Assembly (NCBI GenBank): GCA_902761635.1
Contig: CACWLG010000005.1
Span: forward strand, 24,819-88,818
Source of the DNA: Oscillospiraceae bacterium
Lineage (GTDB): Bacteria; Bacillota; Clostridia; Oscillospirales; Oscillospiraceae
Length of the DNA: 64,000 nucleotides
Reading direction: 5' to 3'
Program-made: the position numbers and the translations under genes
The notes under the pieces: generated by a model
Told to the model about the DNA's origin: nothing
The model's input: the letters and a program-made list of their open reading frames with translations, nothing else
Database searches by the model: none
Shown here: positions 17,900 to 28,400 of the stretch, piece after piece
Layout: every line of letters begins with the position of its first letter
Numbering within the stretch: position 1 is the stretch's first letter

Positions 17900-18877
17900 A
17901 TGAAAAAATCAATGCTTCTAATCATATTGCTGCTCGCGTTGCTGATCCCGATGGCGGCGGGGGCGGCCTCGCCGGAGATCCCGGCTTATGGCGGGAAAAC
18001 GGTGATCGAACTGAATGACAACGTGCCGGGCTTTGCGCCGGAGGAGCTGCGCGCGGAGGATTTTGTCCGCTACAGCGAGCTGGACGCGCTGGGCAGATCC
18101 GGCCAGGCGGTGGCCTGCGTCAGCCGGAAGGCCCTGCCGACCGAGCTGCGCGGGGAGATCCACAGCGCCCTGCCCTCCGGCTGGGAGGAGGTGCGCTACG
18201 ACGGAGTCATTGACGGGAGCTATCTCTACGCCCGCTGCCACCTGATCTCCTATGATCTCGGCGGGGAGAACGACGATGTGCGAAACTTCCTCACCGGTAC
18301 GCGCTTTTTCAATCAGGAGGGGCTGCACCCCTATGAGGAGAAGGTGTCCCGGTATCTGCAGCGCAGCGCAAACCATGTGCTCTACCGCGTCACGCCCGTC
18401 TATGACGGGGACGCGCTGGTGGCAAAGGGCGTGCAGATGGAGGCCTGCTCGGTAGAGGATTCGGGCAAGACCGTCTCCTTCAATGTCTTCGTCTACAATG
18501 TCCAGCCCGGCGTAATCATCGACTACACGAGCGGAAAGAGCGAGCGGGACCCCGACTATGTGACGCCGGAAGAGGCTGCTGCGGCGGAAGCCGCGGCAGC
18601 ACAGACGGCCGCCTCGTCGGAGACGGCTGCGACCCCGGCACCGACCAGTACGCGCAGACCGCTTATCTCGCTGGAGGCCCTGGAGAGTACGGGCGCCGGA
18701 CCGAAGGACATCCCGCTCGGCACCACCTATGTGTTTGACCATAAAACATTTCTGTTCCATACGCCGACCTGCCCGGCGGTTGACGACATTTACGACATGA
18801 ACGTTGAATATTTCACCGGCACACGGGATGATGCGATCATCAAGGGCTACAGCCCCTGCAGCCGCTGCAGACCGTAA
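17900..18877 (+). CDS. Secreted DNA/RNA non-specific endonuclease (EndA/DNA-entry nuclease family) with a C-terminal Ada-like zinc-binding domain
   Basis: The start at MKKSMLLIILLLALLIPMAAGAA gives a classic signal peptide. An alternative ATG at 17822 follows AGGAGA with only 3-nt spacing. The core YSELDALGRSG..ARCHLISYDLGGEN..NFLTGTRFFN resembles Endonuclease_NS_2. The tail FHTPTCP..GYSPCSRCRP resembles an Ada zinc-binding domain. Confidence 0.7.
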   Translation: MKKSMLLIILLLALLIPMAAGAASPEIPAYGGKTVIELNDNVPGFAPEELRAEDFVRYSELDALGRSGQAVACVSRKALPTELRGEIHSALPSGWEEVRYDGVIDGSYLYARCHLISYDLGGENDDVRNFLTGTRFFNQEGLHPYEEKVSRYLQRSANHVLYRVTPVYDGDALVAKGVQMEACSVEDSGKTVSFNVFVYNVQPGVIIDYTSGKSERDPDYVTPEEAAAAEAAAAQTAASSETAATPAPTSTRRPLISLEALESTGAGPKDIPLGTTYVFDHKTFLFHTPTCPAVDDIYDMNVEYFTGTRDDAIIKGYSPCSRCRP

Positions 18878-18900
18878 ACCGACAGGGGGATGAAGAGACG

Positions 18901-21177
18901 ATGACAACAGCAAAAAAAGGCAGCGCTCTGCTTCTGGCCCTTCTGCTTCTCCTGTCGCTGATGCCGGGGAGCTTTGCCTCGGCGGAGGAGCCGAACGCGG
19001 ATGTCAACCGCTTTAATGTCGTGCTCGTCATCGACAAGAGCGGAAGCCTGCGGGACGCAAACGGTCAGGGAACCGATCCGGACGGCCTGCGCTTTGATGC
19101 GATGCGCCTCTTTCTCGGGCTTTTGACGGAGCGCGGCAACAACGTCGGCGCAGTGGTGTTCGATCAGGAGATCCGCTATGATTCCGGCCTTCGGAAGATG
19201 GACGGGATGGAGGACAAGAAGAATCTGATCCGTGAGGCGGAAGCCTATACGCCCGCTTACGATACGGATATCGGAAGCGCGGTTTTACGTGCGACACAGA
19301 TGCTGCAGGGCATGCGGGAGGAAAACGATCTGCCCTGCATGATCCTGCTGCTCACCGACGGAAAAACGGACTTCACCACGGAAGCCGGACAGGAAAAGAA
19401 GCAGGCCTCCTGGGCGGTGGCGCAGCAGGCGCTGGACTCCGCAAAGGAGGCGCACATCACCATCAGCGGCATCCTCCTGAATGTGGACGGTAAGGGCGAC
19501 GGCGGCAGATGGGAATTTACAGCCTATACCCAGGGGACCGGCGGGAGCTTTGTGGAAGTAAGCCGGCCGGAGGATCTGGCCGATGCGTTTAGGCAGTTCT
19601 ATTCCATGATCAACAACACCGTCTATACCGGGGCGCAGCGGGTCGCTTTCTCCGACGATGGCAGGGCGGAGTTCTTCTTCACCGTGCCGAGCTTCGGCGT
19701 GGAGGAGGTCAACGTCATCGTGGAGCATGATACCGCGCCCGACGACAGAACTCTGGACACGCTCGTGGGCGTCGAGATCCTCCAGCCTGACGGCAGCCGG
19801 TACGACGATGCGGAGCATGCCCTGCTGAGCTCGCGGTACATCCTTGTGAAAATTCCCGCCCCTGCGGTGGGCGAGTGGCAGGTCCGCCTTGCGGGTGAGC
19901 CGGAGGACTGGGTCGATGTGACCATGGTCTACAATGCCTCCATGTCTGTCTCTCTCGAAGGGGACAGACCCACGGGCGCCTACCGGGCCTATTCCCCCTA
20001 TAGCTTCAAAGCGTCGGTCACAGATCCCGGCGCCGGAAAGATTACCCAGGAGGAGCTGCAGAAACTCCGGGCGGTCCTGTCGGTCGAAAACCTCGCCACC
20101 GGCGATGTGCGCGAATACGCCATGACGGCGGGAGAGAACGCCTATACCAGCGAGATCAGCTTCCTGAAGGGCGGCGACTATGCCCTCACGGCCGAGGTTG
20201 GGATCGGCGGCTTCAAGGTCCGCTCCGCGCCCATGGCAGTGACGGTAGAGCCCTGGCCCCTGGTCGCAAAGGTCAGCCGCATCACGGATATCCTGCAGTA
20301 CGGCCGCTTTGTCGGCGACTGCTGGGTGCTGGAGCTGGGGGAGCTCTTCGGCGTCACGGATACGAGCGGGATACGCTACAGCCTCTCTGACGACTGCGGC
20401 GGCATCCTGACGATAGAGGACGGCGTACTGCGGGCGCGCTTCGGCTTGACCGAAGAGGTCTCCTTCGTGCTGACGGCCTCGGACCTCATGGGGCAGAGCG
20501 CGGACATCAGCTTTGACCTGAAGATCCCCCATGTCACCGCGACGACGGAGCGCGTCAACAGCCTGCTCAGCCAGGGCCGACTCGGCGATCACCGCTGGGA
20601 AATGGAAGTCGATGGCCTCTTCACCGATCCCAAGGGCTGCCCGCTGGCGCTTGCCCTGTCGGACGATTGTGGGGGCTGTGTCACACTGACGGACGGGCTT
20701 TTGGAGCTGGACCTCCGGGAGCTGAGAGAGGCGGCGTTCACCGTCTCGGCCACGGACATTTTCGGCGCGAGCGCGGAAGTTCCGTTCGAGCTCAAGGTTC
20801 CGGGCCCCGCGGCCTCCGTGCAGGCGATCAGCGAAACGGTCAAGACCGGCCTTTTCCAGGAGGGAACCTGGGAGCGGGAGCTCAGCTCCCTGTTCCGTGA
20901 CCCGAAGGGCACCGCCCTGAGCTATGTCCTTTCCGACGATTTCGGCGGCAAGGTACAGATCACAAACGGCAGGCTGAAGGTGGACTGCAGGGGCGTCAAG
21001 ACCGCCTCCTTCGCTGTGAAGGCCACCGATGAATACGGCCTGAGCGCGGAAATCCCCATCACCATCACCGAGAAAAACATGAACGTCCGCTATGCGCTTT
21101 ACGGTCTCGGCGGCCTGATCCCCATCGGCAGTCTGATCGGCCTTGCTGCTTATCTGCGCAAAAAAGGAAAGATATAA
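18901..21177 (+). CDS. Surface VWA-domain protein with three Ig-like repeats and a C-terminal TM anchor
   Basis: 758 aa with a signal peptide and the MIDAS motif VIDKSGS. Three repeats of about 90 aa lie at roughly 20272-21075 (..LSDDCGG..L...DG.L..). The C-terminal TM segment plus KKGKI follows. It starts 23 nt after the nuclease gene. Confidence 0.8.
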   Translation: MTTAKKGSALLLALLLLLSLMPGSFASAEEPNADVNRFNVVLVIDKSGSLRDANGQGTDPDGLRFDAMRLFLGLLTERGNNVGAVVFDQEIRYDSGLRKMDGMEDKKNLIREAEAYTPAYDTDIGSAVLRATQMLQGMREENDLPCMILLLTDGKTDFTTEAGQEKKQASWAVAQQALDSAKEAHITISGILLNVDGKGDGGRWEFTAYTQGTGGSFVEVSRPEDLADAFRQFYSMINNTVYTGAQRVAFSDDGRAEFFFTVPSFGVEEVNVIVEHDTAPDDRTLDTLVGVEILQPDGSRYDDAEHALLSSRYILVKIPAPAVGEWQVRLAGEPEDWVDVTMVYNASMSVSLEGDRPTGAYRAYSPYSFKASVTDPGAGKITQEELQKLRAVLSVENLATGDVREYAMTAGENAYTSEISFLKGGDYALTAEVGIGGFKVRSAPMAVTVEPWPLVAKVSRITDILQYGRFVGDCWVLELGELFGVTDTSGIRYSLSDDCGGILTIEDGVLRARFGLTEEVSFVLTASDLMGQSADISFDLKIPHVTATTERVNSLLSQGRLGDHRWEMEVDGLFTDPKGCPLALALSDDCGGCVTLTDGLLELDLRELREAAFTVSATDIFGASAEVPFELKVPGPAASVQAISETVKTGLFQEGTWERELSSLFRDPKGTALSYVLSDDFGGKVQITNGRLKVDCRGVKTASFAVKATDEYGLSAEIPITITEKNMNVRYALYGLGGLIPIGSLIGLAAYLRKKGKI

Positions 21178-21186
21178 AAAAACAGG

Positions 21187-21220
21187 CCGCAGGGGCCGAT
21201 TCCAGGATCGACCCCTGCGG
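21187..21220. terminator. Bidirectional terminator hairpin between convergent genes
   Basis: CCGCAGGGG(C)CGAT / ATCG(A)CCCCTGCGG form a 14-position stem with one mismatch. Confidence 0.55.
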
Positions 21221-21240
21221 TCTGCGTTATTCTGCGATCG

Positions 21241-22137
21241 TTACAGCAGCTTCTGAATGTGCCGGTAGATGGCGAGGCCGCGCTCCTGACCGAACTTGCT
21301 GATGACCGTGCGGTAGATCGTCTGCTTGCCGCCCTTCTCCGCAAAGTTCTTTGTCACAAGCGAGGCCGCAAAGCTCACGGTCTCGTTGTCATATTTGGCG
21401 TTGCTGAGCGTCTTGAGCACGGCGTTGTTCAGCGTCGTCTTGTCCGGATACTCCGCTGCTTTCACCCCGCTCTTCGCCGTCTTCTTCTGCGCGTCATCGG
21501 CTTTCGCCCGGCCCTTCGCGCTTTTTTTCGGGGACGCATCGGCCTTGACACCGTCCTTCTCCGGGCTTTCCTGACTCTCGGCGGCTTTCACGCTTTTCTT
21601 CACGGCCTCATCCTGCGCCTGCGCCGGCCTGGTCTTCCGTGTCCGCCTGGTTTTCACAGGGGGGTTCTCGGCGCTTGTCTCCTTGCGCGCTTCCTGCGCC
21701 TTTGGCTCTGCCGCGGTCTTTTTCGAAGCTGCGGCCTTTCTGCTTTTTGCCGCCTTCGGCGCAGCGCTCATCACTTCCTCCGGCTGAAATTTGTCCCGGC
21801 GCCGGATGATGACGCCCTTTTCTATATTCCAGAAGCTGACAATATCGTCGTAGTCGGTGTCGTTGCTGAGGATCACGATCTGCGGCGCAGCTTCGTGACT
21901 GCCAAGCAGATAGCCCAGATAGGACACCAGATGCATGTCCACGGACTGGCTCTTCGCCGGGACCTCATGCACCAGCAGATTTGTGGCGTTGAAATTGGCC
22001 AGGGTAGCGGTGTTGATTTTCGGCGCGTTTCGTGTTGAAAACAGATGGACCCAGTCGCTTTTCGTGAGGTTCTGCGCCCCTTCAAGCCCCTTCAGCCCGA
22101 CATTTTCAAAATCAATCAGATAATAAGTTTCTTCCAT
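21241..22137 (-). CDS. NYN/PIN-like domain protein with a Lys/Ala-rich linker
   Basis: The start at MEETYYLIDFENV (ATG 22137) follows a GGGAGG SD. The track's ATG at 22206 sits inside the predicted -35 box. YLIDFENV and ILSNDTDYDDIV resemble NYN motifs. The central region is rich in K, A and E. Confidence 0.6.
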   Translation of the reverse strand: MEETYYLIDFENVGLKGLEGAQNLTKSDWVHLFSTRNAPKINTATLANFNATNLLVHEVPAKSQSVDMHLVSYLGYLLGSHEAAPQIVILSNDTDYDDIVSFWNIEKGVIIRRRDKFQPEEVMSAAPKAAKSRKAAASKKTAAEPKAQEARKETSAENPPVKTRRTRKTRPAQAQDEAVKKSVKAAESQESPEKDGVKADASPKKSAKGRAKADDAQKKTAKSGVKAAEYPDKTTLNNAVLKTLSNAKYDNETVSFAASLVTKNFAEKGGKQTIYRTVISKFGQERGLAIYRHIQKLL

Positions 22138-22176
22138 TTCTTCTTGTGCCTCCCAATTTGCGGTCGGAGTGTCGCG

Positions 22177-22206
22177 ATTATACCATGCTTGTACCCCGTC
22201 TGACAA
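22177..22206 (-). promoter_or_regulatory. Sigma-A-type promoter of the NYN-like gene
   Basis: The minus strand reads TTGTCA-18 nt-TATAAT, with a TGn extended -10 element. Confidence 0.5.
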
Positions 22207-22288
22207 GAAGAAACAGAAAAAGGCAGAATTTTACCGTTCAAATCGGCTGCGGTTAAGCCAATTTAATAATTTAATAAAGAATAGGTGC

Positions 22289-22317
22289 TTGAAACAGGGA
22301 CCGGGTTGTGATATAGT
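22289..22317 (+). promoter_or_regulatory. Sigma-A-type promoter of the giant adhesin gene
   Basis: TTGAAA-17 nt-TATAGT with a TGn extended -10 element. The leader to the ATG at 22444 is about 120 nt. Confidence 0.5.
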
Positions 22318-22443
22318 AAATTATGTAAAGCTATGTAATGCGTATTGGCTGAACGAACTGGAATATTTTACCTGTTTTTGACAATAAACGTAAAACATGG
22401 AAGACGCACCGCAGCGCCGGTGCGGATATATGAGGGACCGAAC

Positions 22444-25400
22444 ATGCGAAGCTTTGAAAAGTTAAAGGAATATCTGCAGGGGACTGCCGCGCGCAGGGCA
22501 ATTGCGTCTGTGCTGGTCGCGGCAGAGTGCCTTTCTGTTGTCGCGGTGGGACTGCCTGCCGCATATGCCGTGGAGGCAGCGCCGCTTGAGGCGGTCGAAC
22601 TGACAGACCGGACGACCAATTCGGCGCCTGCTGCTGAAGTCCCGGAGAGCGGGCAGGAGGAGACGGTGACACCGGCTGAGGCCGCCAGACTCGGTGAAGA
22701 GGCGGCGGCGAGCTTTGCAAACGAGGCCGAGCGCGCGGCGGAGGAAGCCGAACAGGCAGCCGACGAGACTGCCCGGATGCTCGGTGAGGAGCTCACGGAC
22801 GCGGTTCTGGAAGCCGCGCGGCAAAGCGCCGGGCAGGCGGAAGACGCAGCCGGCCGTGCGCGGGACGCAGCCGAAAGGGCGGCAGACGAGGCAGACTGGG
22901 CAGCGCAGGCGGTCGAGATCGCGACGCAGGAAGCGGAGCGGACAGCCGCCGAGGCACAGGAAGCCGCCGAGGAGGCAGAGCATGCAGCCCGGACGGCGGA
23001 GGAGATCGCCGAGGCGGCGCGTATGCTGGAAGAGGCAGCCATGGCCGCGCAGGAGCGCGACAGAGAGCGCAATGGAAACGAACAGCTCCAGGAAGCGGCA
23101 GAGGAGAGATCGGCAAAGCGGGAAGAGTCGAAGGATAAGACTGCCCTGTCAACGGCGACGCCGTCACCGGCCGGTGACCTTGCTGTGGTCCCCGGCAAGA
23201 CCGAACAGCAGGAAAACGCAGAGAATCAGAAAACGGATTCCGAGCAGCCCGCAGCGGCTGAGGAGATTCCGGCAGGCGTGACGCAGGATGCCGCAGAGGC
23301 CGGCGCGACGGCGGAGGTCAAGGCCGAAGAGGCCGCGCGGGCGCGGGAATACGCCACAGCCATGGCCGAAGAATATGACAGCACGTATGCTGCCGCCTTG
23401 AATGCAAGCGAACAGGCAAACCGCGCCTTTGCCGCGTCGGACCGAGCAGCCCGGGCGGCTGCGCGCGCTTGGGCAGCTGTCGCAGAGGCGGAGGAGCGCT
23501 TTGCGCAGATGCCGGGCGATGAGCAGGCAGATCAGCCTGACCGCCCGGAACCTGCGGAATACACAGATGCGGCGGAGAATAACGACACAGCGGAGAATAA
23601 CGACACAGCGGAGAACACGGACCATATGTACTATACCGACAGCGCCGTCACCGTATGGGGCGAGGTGCCTGCCGGGGTCTATGTCCAGGCCGAGAATGTC
23701 TCCGCCCGCTATCAGGATTTTGATCCGAACGCCGCAGATACCCTCACGGCAGGCGAGACCAATGCCTTCCTCAGCGACGGGAGCACTGCGGTGAAGAGCC
23801 GCCGCGTCCTGGCGGCGTATGATATCTCCCTGTCTCTGAACGGGGAGGAGTATCAGCCCGAGGCGGGCAGCCCCCTGACTGTCTACATTGCGGACCCCAG
23901 GATCCGGGAGGGTCTTGACCTCGAAGTCTGGCACATTCATGACGACGGTCTCGTCGAGCCCATCACGGATTTCACTGTGGAGGGCGGCGCTGTTCGCTTC
24001 GAGGCAGCGAGCTTCTCGGTGTATCTCGTGTGCGCTTATACCGTGGACTTCCACTGGGGCGATTATACCTACAGCATCCAGGGCGAAAGCGAGATTACCC
24101 TCAGCGAGCTCTTTGAGAAGCTCGGCGTGACAGAGATCACAGCCGCCGATGTGACCGGCGTCAGCTTCACCAATCCCGACTGCATAGGAATTGAGCAGCT
24201 TGACTCTGACTGGCTGCTTCGGTCTCGTGCGCCCTTTAACACCGAGGAGGCGCTGACTCTCACGCTGAATAACGGCGAGACAGTAGAGATCAAAGTCACG
24301 GACGCGGACGATGATGAGCCGGACGACCAGACCACAGAAAGCTACACGGTCACCTGGAAAAATGAGGACGGAACCGTCCTGGAGACAGACGAGAACGTGA
24401 CGGCAGACACGATCCCGAGCTATGACGGGGAGACACCGACAAAGACGGATGAGGAGCACAAGTGGTATTTTGCCGGCTGGATGCCGGAGATTGAAGCTGC
24501 TGCAGAGAACAGGGAATACACTGCGCAGTTTGAGCAGTGCAGGGAACTGACCATCACTGCGGACAGCAGCAGCAAGATTTTTGACAATACAGAGCTGACA
24601 AAAGAGAGCTATACGCTGACAGGAGAATTGGACGAGGGCGACAGCCTTGTGTCTGTGACTATCACGGGAACGCAGACAGAGGTCGGAAGCGCGGAAAACA
24701 TCCCGAGCGATGCGCAGCTTGTCAATGCCGAGGGCGAGGATGTCACGGGGCACTATGACATCACCTACGTCAACGGCACACTGGAGGTCAGAGAGAGAGC
24801 AATCACCATCACTGCAGGCAGCGCCGAAAAAGTCTATGACGGTGAAGCGCTGGAGGAAAAAAACTGGACGAGTACGGAGCTGGCAAACGGCGATACGATC
24901 ACTTCTGTTACAATTACAGGCTCGCAGACAAAAGCCGGCAGCTCGGATAACGTCCCGAGTAAAGCGGTCATTGTCGACAGTGACGGAAACCCCGTGACGT
25001 TGCCCTATAACATTACCTATGTAAACGGCACACTGACCGTCAATCCGCAAGGCGTCACGCTGAAGGCAAATAGTGCCACGCTGCCCTTCAACAGTGAGGA
25101 ACAGCAAGTAACCGGCTATACCTGCAGCGTGGATGGACTGAGCTTCGAGGGCGTGGAAGCGCGCGGCAAAGGTAAAGATATCAATATTTATGATGTTGAG
25201 TTCACCGGCGTTACCCTGAACGAGACGCGCGATACCACCGGAAACTATATTGTCACCGGCCTGGAAAAAGGCCTGCTGATCATTGTCGAGAATACAGGCG
25301 AGAGCGTGATCCTCCTGGAAAAGGAGCTTTCTGGCTTCAACGGAGACCTTGCAAGCTACACGATTAATGTGAACCCGGAAGGCCGGGTACTGAGCGGCGA

Positions 25401-28400
25401 GGGAAAGGAGCTTACGCTCAAGGATACCTTCAGCGGAAACCAGTCTATCGATTATGGCTCTATTGAGGTGCACAGTACGACAGACGAGAACGTTCCCTAT
25501 GACTACAGCGGCAATACCGGCACTTACACCATACCGGACGGTACGGCTGTCACCATCACCTATACCACCCGTGTGAAGGGCAATGCGGGGGAAGAGGTTA
25601 CATTCTCCAATACAGCGGTACTGGGCAGAATGGAGGATTGGACCTTTGTCGGCGGACCGACAGTCACAATCGAAAATACAGAGACTGTCACCCCGACCGG
25701 CACGGACATCTCCGGTACGGGCGGCGTCTATACCATCGAGCTGTTTGTCTATGCGCAGAATCACATGGAAGAAGGGCTTGAGGGCGCGGCCTTCCGGCTG
25801 CTGGATGGCAATATGCAGCCGATGCTGTACAGAGCCGGCGCGAATGCCGGCAAGCCCATTGTCTTCACAACGGGAGAAAAAGGGCGCGTTACCGTTCAGC
25901 TGAGCGAGGAGACCGACGGGCTGTCCATCCATAAGAATACCGTATACTACCTTGAGATGATCACGGCGCCGTATCAGATAAAGAACGGTGAATATATCTA
26001 TTATCAGAAAGACAACACGTACTACAGCTTCCTCATCACCGATGACCCGCGCTATGAATACGGCGGCGTATATGCCTACTTTAACGGCGACGTGCTGAAG
26101 GTGCGCTGCTATCCGGAGATAAATGGCGTCAACATCACCAAGCGCTTCAGCGGTAACTATACCCTGACGAAGGAGCAGCAGAATGCCATCCGCTTCATCC
26201 TGCAGAAGGAAGCGCTGGATACAGAGAGCGGCTGGGTGGATGTGGAAAGCCATGACTACAGTGAGTTCAGCTATGGCTCCTTGAACTTCAAAGTCGGCAA
26301 AGAAGGCGGGACGGAGCTGGAGGACAATGCCACTTACCGGGTGATCGAAGAAAACGTCCTTCCGACGGAGCTGGAGGGGATCATAGAAGAGAATGTTGCG
26401 GTTTCCGTTACCTATCAGCGGGAAGGCCGGCCGGTGGAGGAGGCAAGCAACGAATTCTACATTGATCCGGATGATAAGCTGGCATTCAGCTATAACCTTG
26501 CTTTTACCAACGAATACATCGATCATAAGCTGACGATCATCAAGATCGACGAAGAAAGCGGCAAAGCACTGGAGGGTGCCGACTACACGGTTTTCCCGGC
26601 TCGAGGCGGCGACGCGCTGATCACCTATACCACTGACGCCGGCGGCGGAATCACCATTCGGAGAAATGATGCCGGTGCCCAGTATGAAACCGATACCCTG
26701 TACTACGCCGTTGAGACGAAATCGCCGGAAAACTATATCCTGCCTGCAAATCCCAGAAAGGTTTACTTCTATTTCTCTGAAAACAGCAGCACGGTCCCGG
26801 CCGGACTGCCCTTTGGCGAAACGGCGACAGATTTGACGAGCTCCTATAACACGGTCACGATGGAAAATGACAGTACCAGTATTGATATCCCCGTGACTGT
26901 GGTATGGGGAATCAACGGTTCCGATGCCTGGCCGCAGGAGGTGGATCATGTCGTCATAGCGCTGTATCAGTCTGTTGGCGGCGGTGCTCCCATCCCGGTC
27001 CCGGGAGCGCAGCAGATTGTCCTGACACGGGATCAGTACTATGACACCAGAAGCTACACCGGTCTTCCTGCCTTGGAGGATGGCAAGACCATTGCATACA
27101 GCGTTGTGGAAGAGGGCATCTATACAAGCGGCAATGAGCCCATTACCGAACGGTTCGCGCGTTCCAGCAGCATCAGCGGTACCGGGTGGTATGTGGTCCA
27201 TAACCAGCCCGCTGTCAGCGTTACGATTCGGAAGGAATGGGTTGACCAGGACGGAGAGACCATAATCGGCAATACGGACAGCAAGCCTGATGTGAGCGTG
27301 GATCTCTACCGGACCACGACAGAAAGCGCCGCAGCTTCCTTTACGCGTGCCGAGCTTCTTGCGTTTTTGGCAAATGCGGAGCGTGTACGCACTGGGCTGA
27401 CGCTTTCAAAAGAAAGCGATTGGAGCATAACGGTGGATTCCCTGGAGAAGATGAAGAGCCAGGAAAAACCATACTATTATTATGCTCTGGAGAAGGTTCC
27501 GGACAACCAGGAGGACAGCTATCTTATTGTGGCGGCTGCAGAATCGGAGCCTCGGACACTGACGATCAAAAACAAGCAGACTCCCGTGACGGTTACGATC
27601 CAGGCAGACAATCTTGAAAAAACCTACGGTGATGCCGACCCGGCCTTCACATTTGAGGCGAGCAGCGTGATGGAGGAAGGCGCGTCCATTTCCGTGACCG
27701 GACCGGAGGACGGGAAGTATATCGGGCATGTTATCGCAGCCGACGGCACCGAGAAAACGATCGAGTTTACCGCTTCCCGTGTGATCGGGAAAGATGACGG
27801 CACCTATGACGATGTCGGTACCTATGTCATTACGCCGGCCGGCGATGCCATACAGTCGGGCTACCGTGTCCTGTATGAGACAGGTATTCTGACGATCAAC
27901 AAGGCTAAAGTCACAATCACCGCCGGCGCCGAGAAGACCTACGGCGAAGATAACCCTGCCTATGTCACCGTTGAGGGGCTGAAAGGCGACGATACCATTT
28001 CGTACAAAGTCAGTCGTGAGAGTGGCGAGGATGCGGGCGAGTATTCCATCACGCTGGAAGGTGAGGCGGATCAGGGGAACTATCAGGTCGATTTCGTCCG
28101 TGAAGATGAGGAAGGAAACACGTACGTTTTCACAATCAAACGCGCCAATGCAGCTATAACGCCGATAGCAGCGGAAAAGCTGTACGGGGAAGATGACCCG
28201 GAGTTTACCGCGAAGGTTACCGGCCTTGTAAACGACGACGAGCCCTCTGTTATTATCTTTGATCTGAACCGCACGCCGGGAGAGAACGTCGGTAAATATA
28301 CGATCACACCGGCATGCGAAGACGTACAGGGCAACTATAATGTGACTTATACCACGGCTGTCTTCACAATCAACCCTGCGGAACTGATATTGGAGATGGA

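Noticed and set aside
22345-22443. The ORF-track start of the giant ORF at 22345 (MAERTGIFYLFL..).
   Set aside because: It lies only about 28 nt downstream of the predicted -10 box and has no SD. The ATG at 22444 follows GAGGGA and gives a proper basic-then-hydrophobic signal/anchor N-terminus.
22318-22443. Looked for a c-di-GMP riboswitch (class I or II) in the leader of the giant gene and in the nuclease leader at 17746-17899. Such riboswitches precede pilin and adhesin genes in some clostridia.
   Set aside because: I could not find the conserved GEMM-I elements (GNRA tetraloop/receptor with ACGCAAAGC-like blocks) or a class II-like pseudoknot core. Only a 7-bp hairpin (CGCACCG..CGGTGCG) is present. 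An Rfam scan is needed for certainty.
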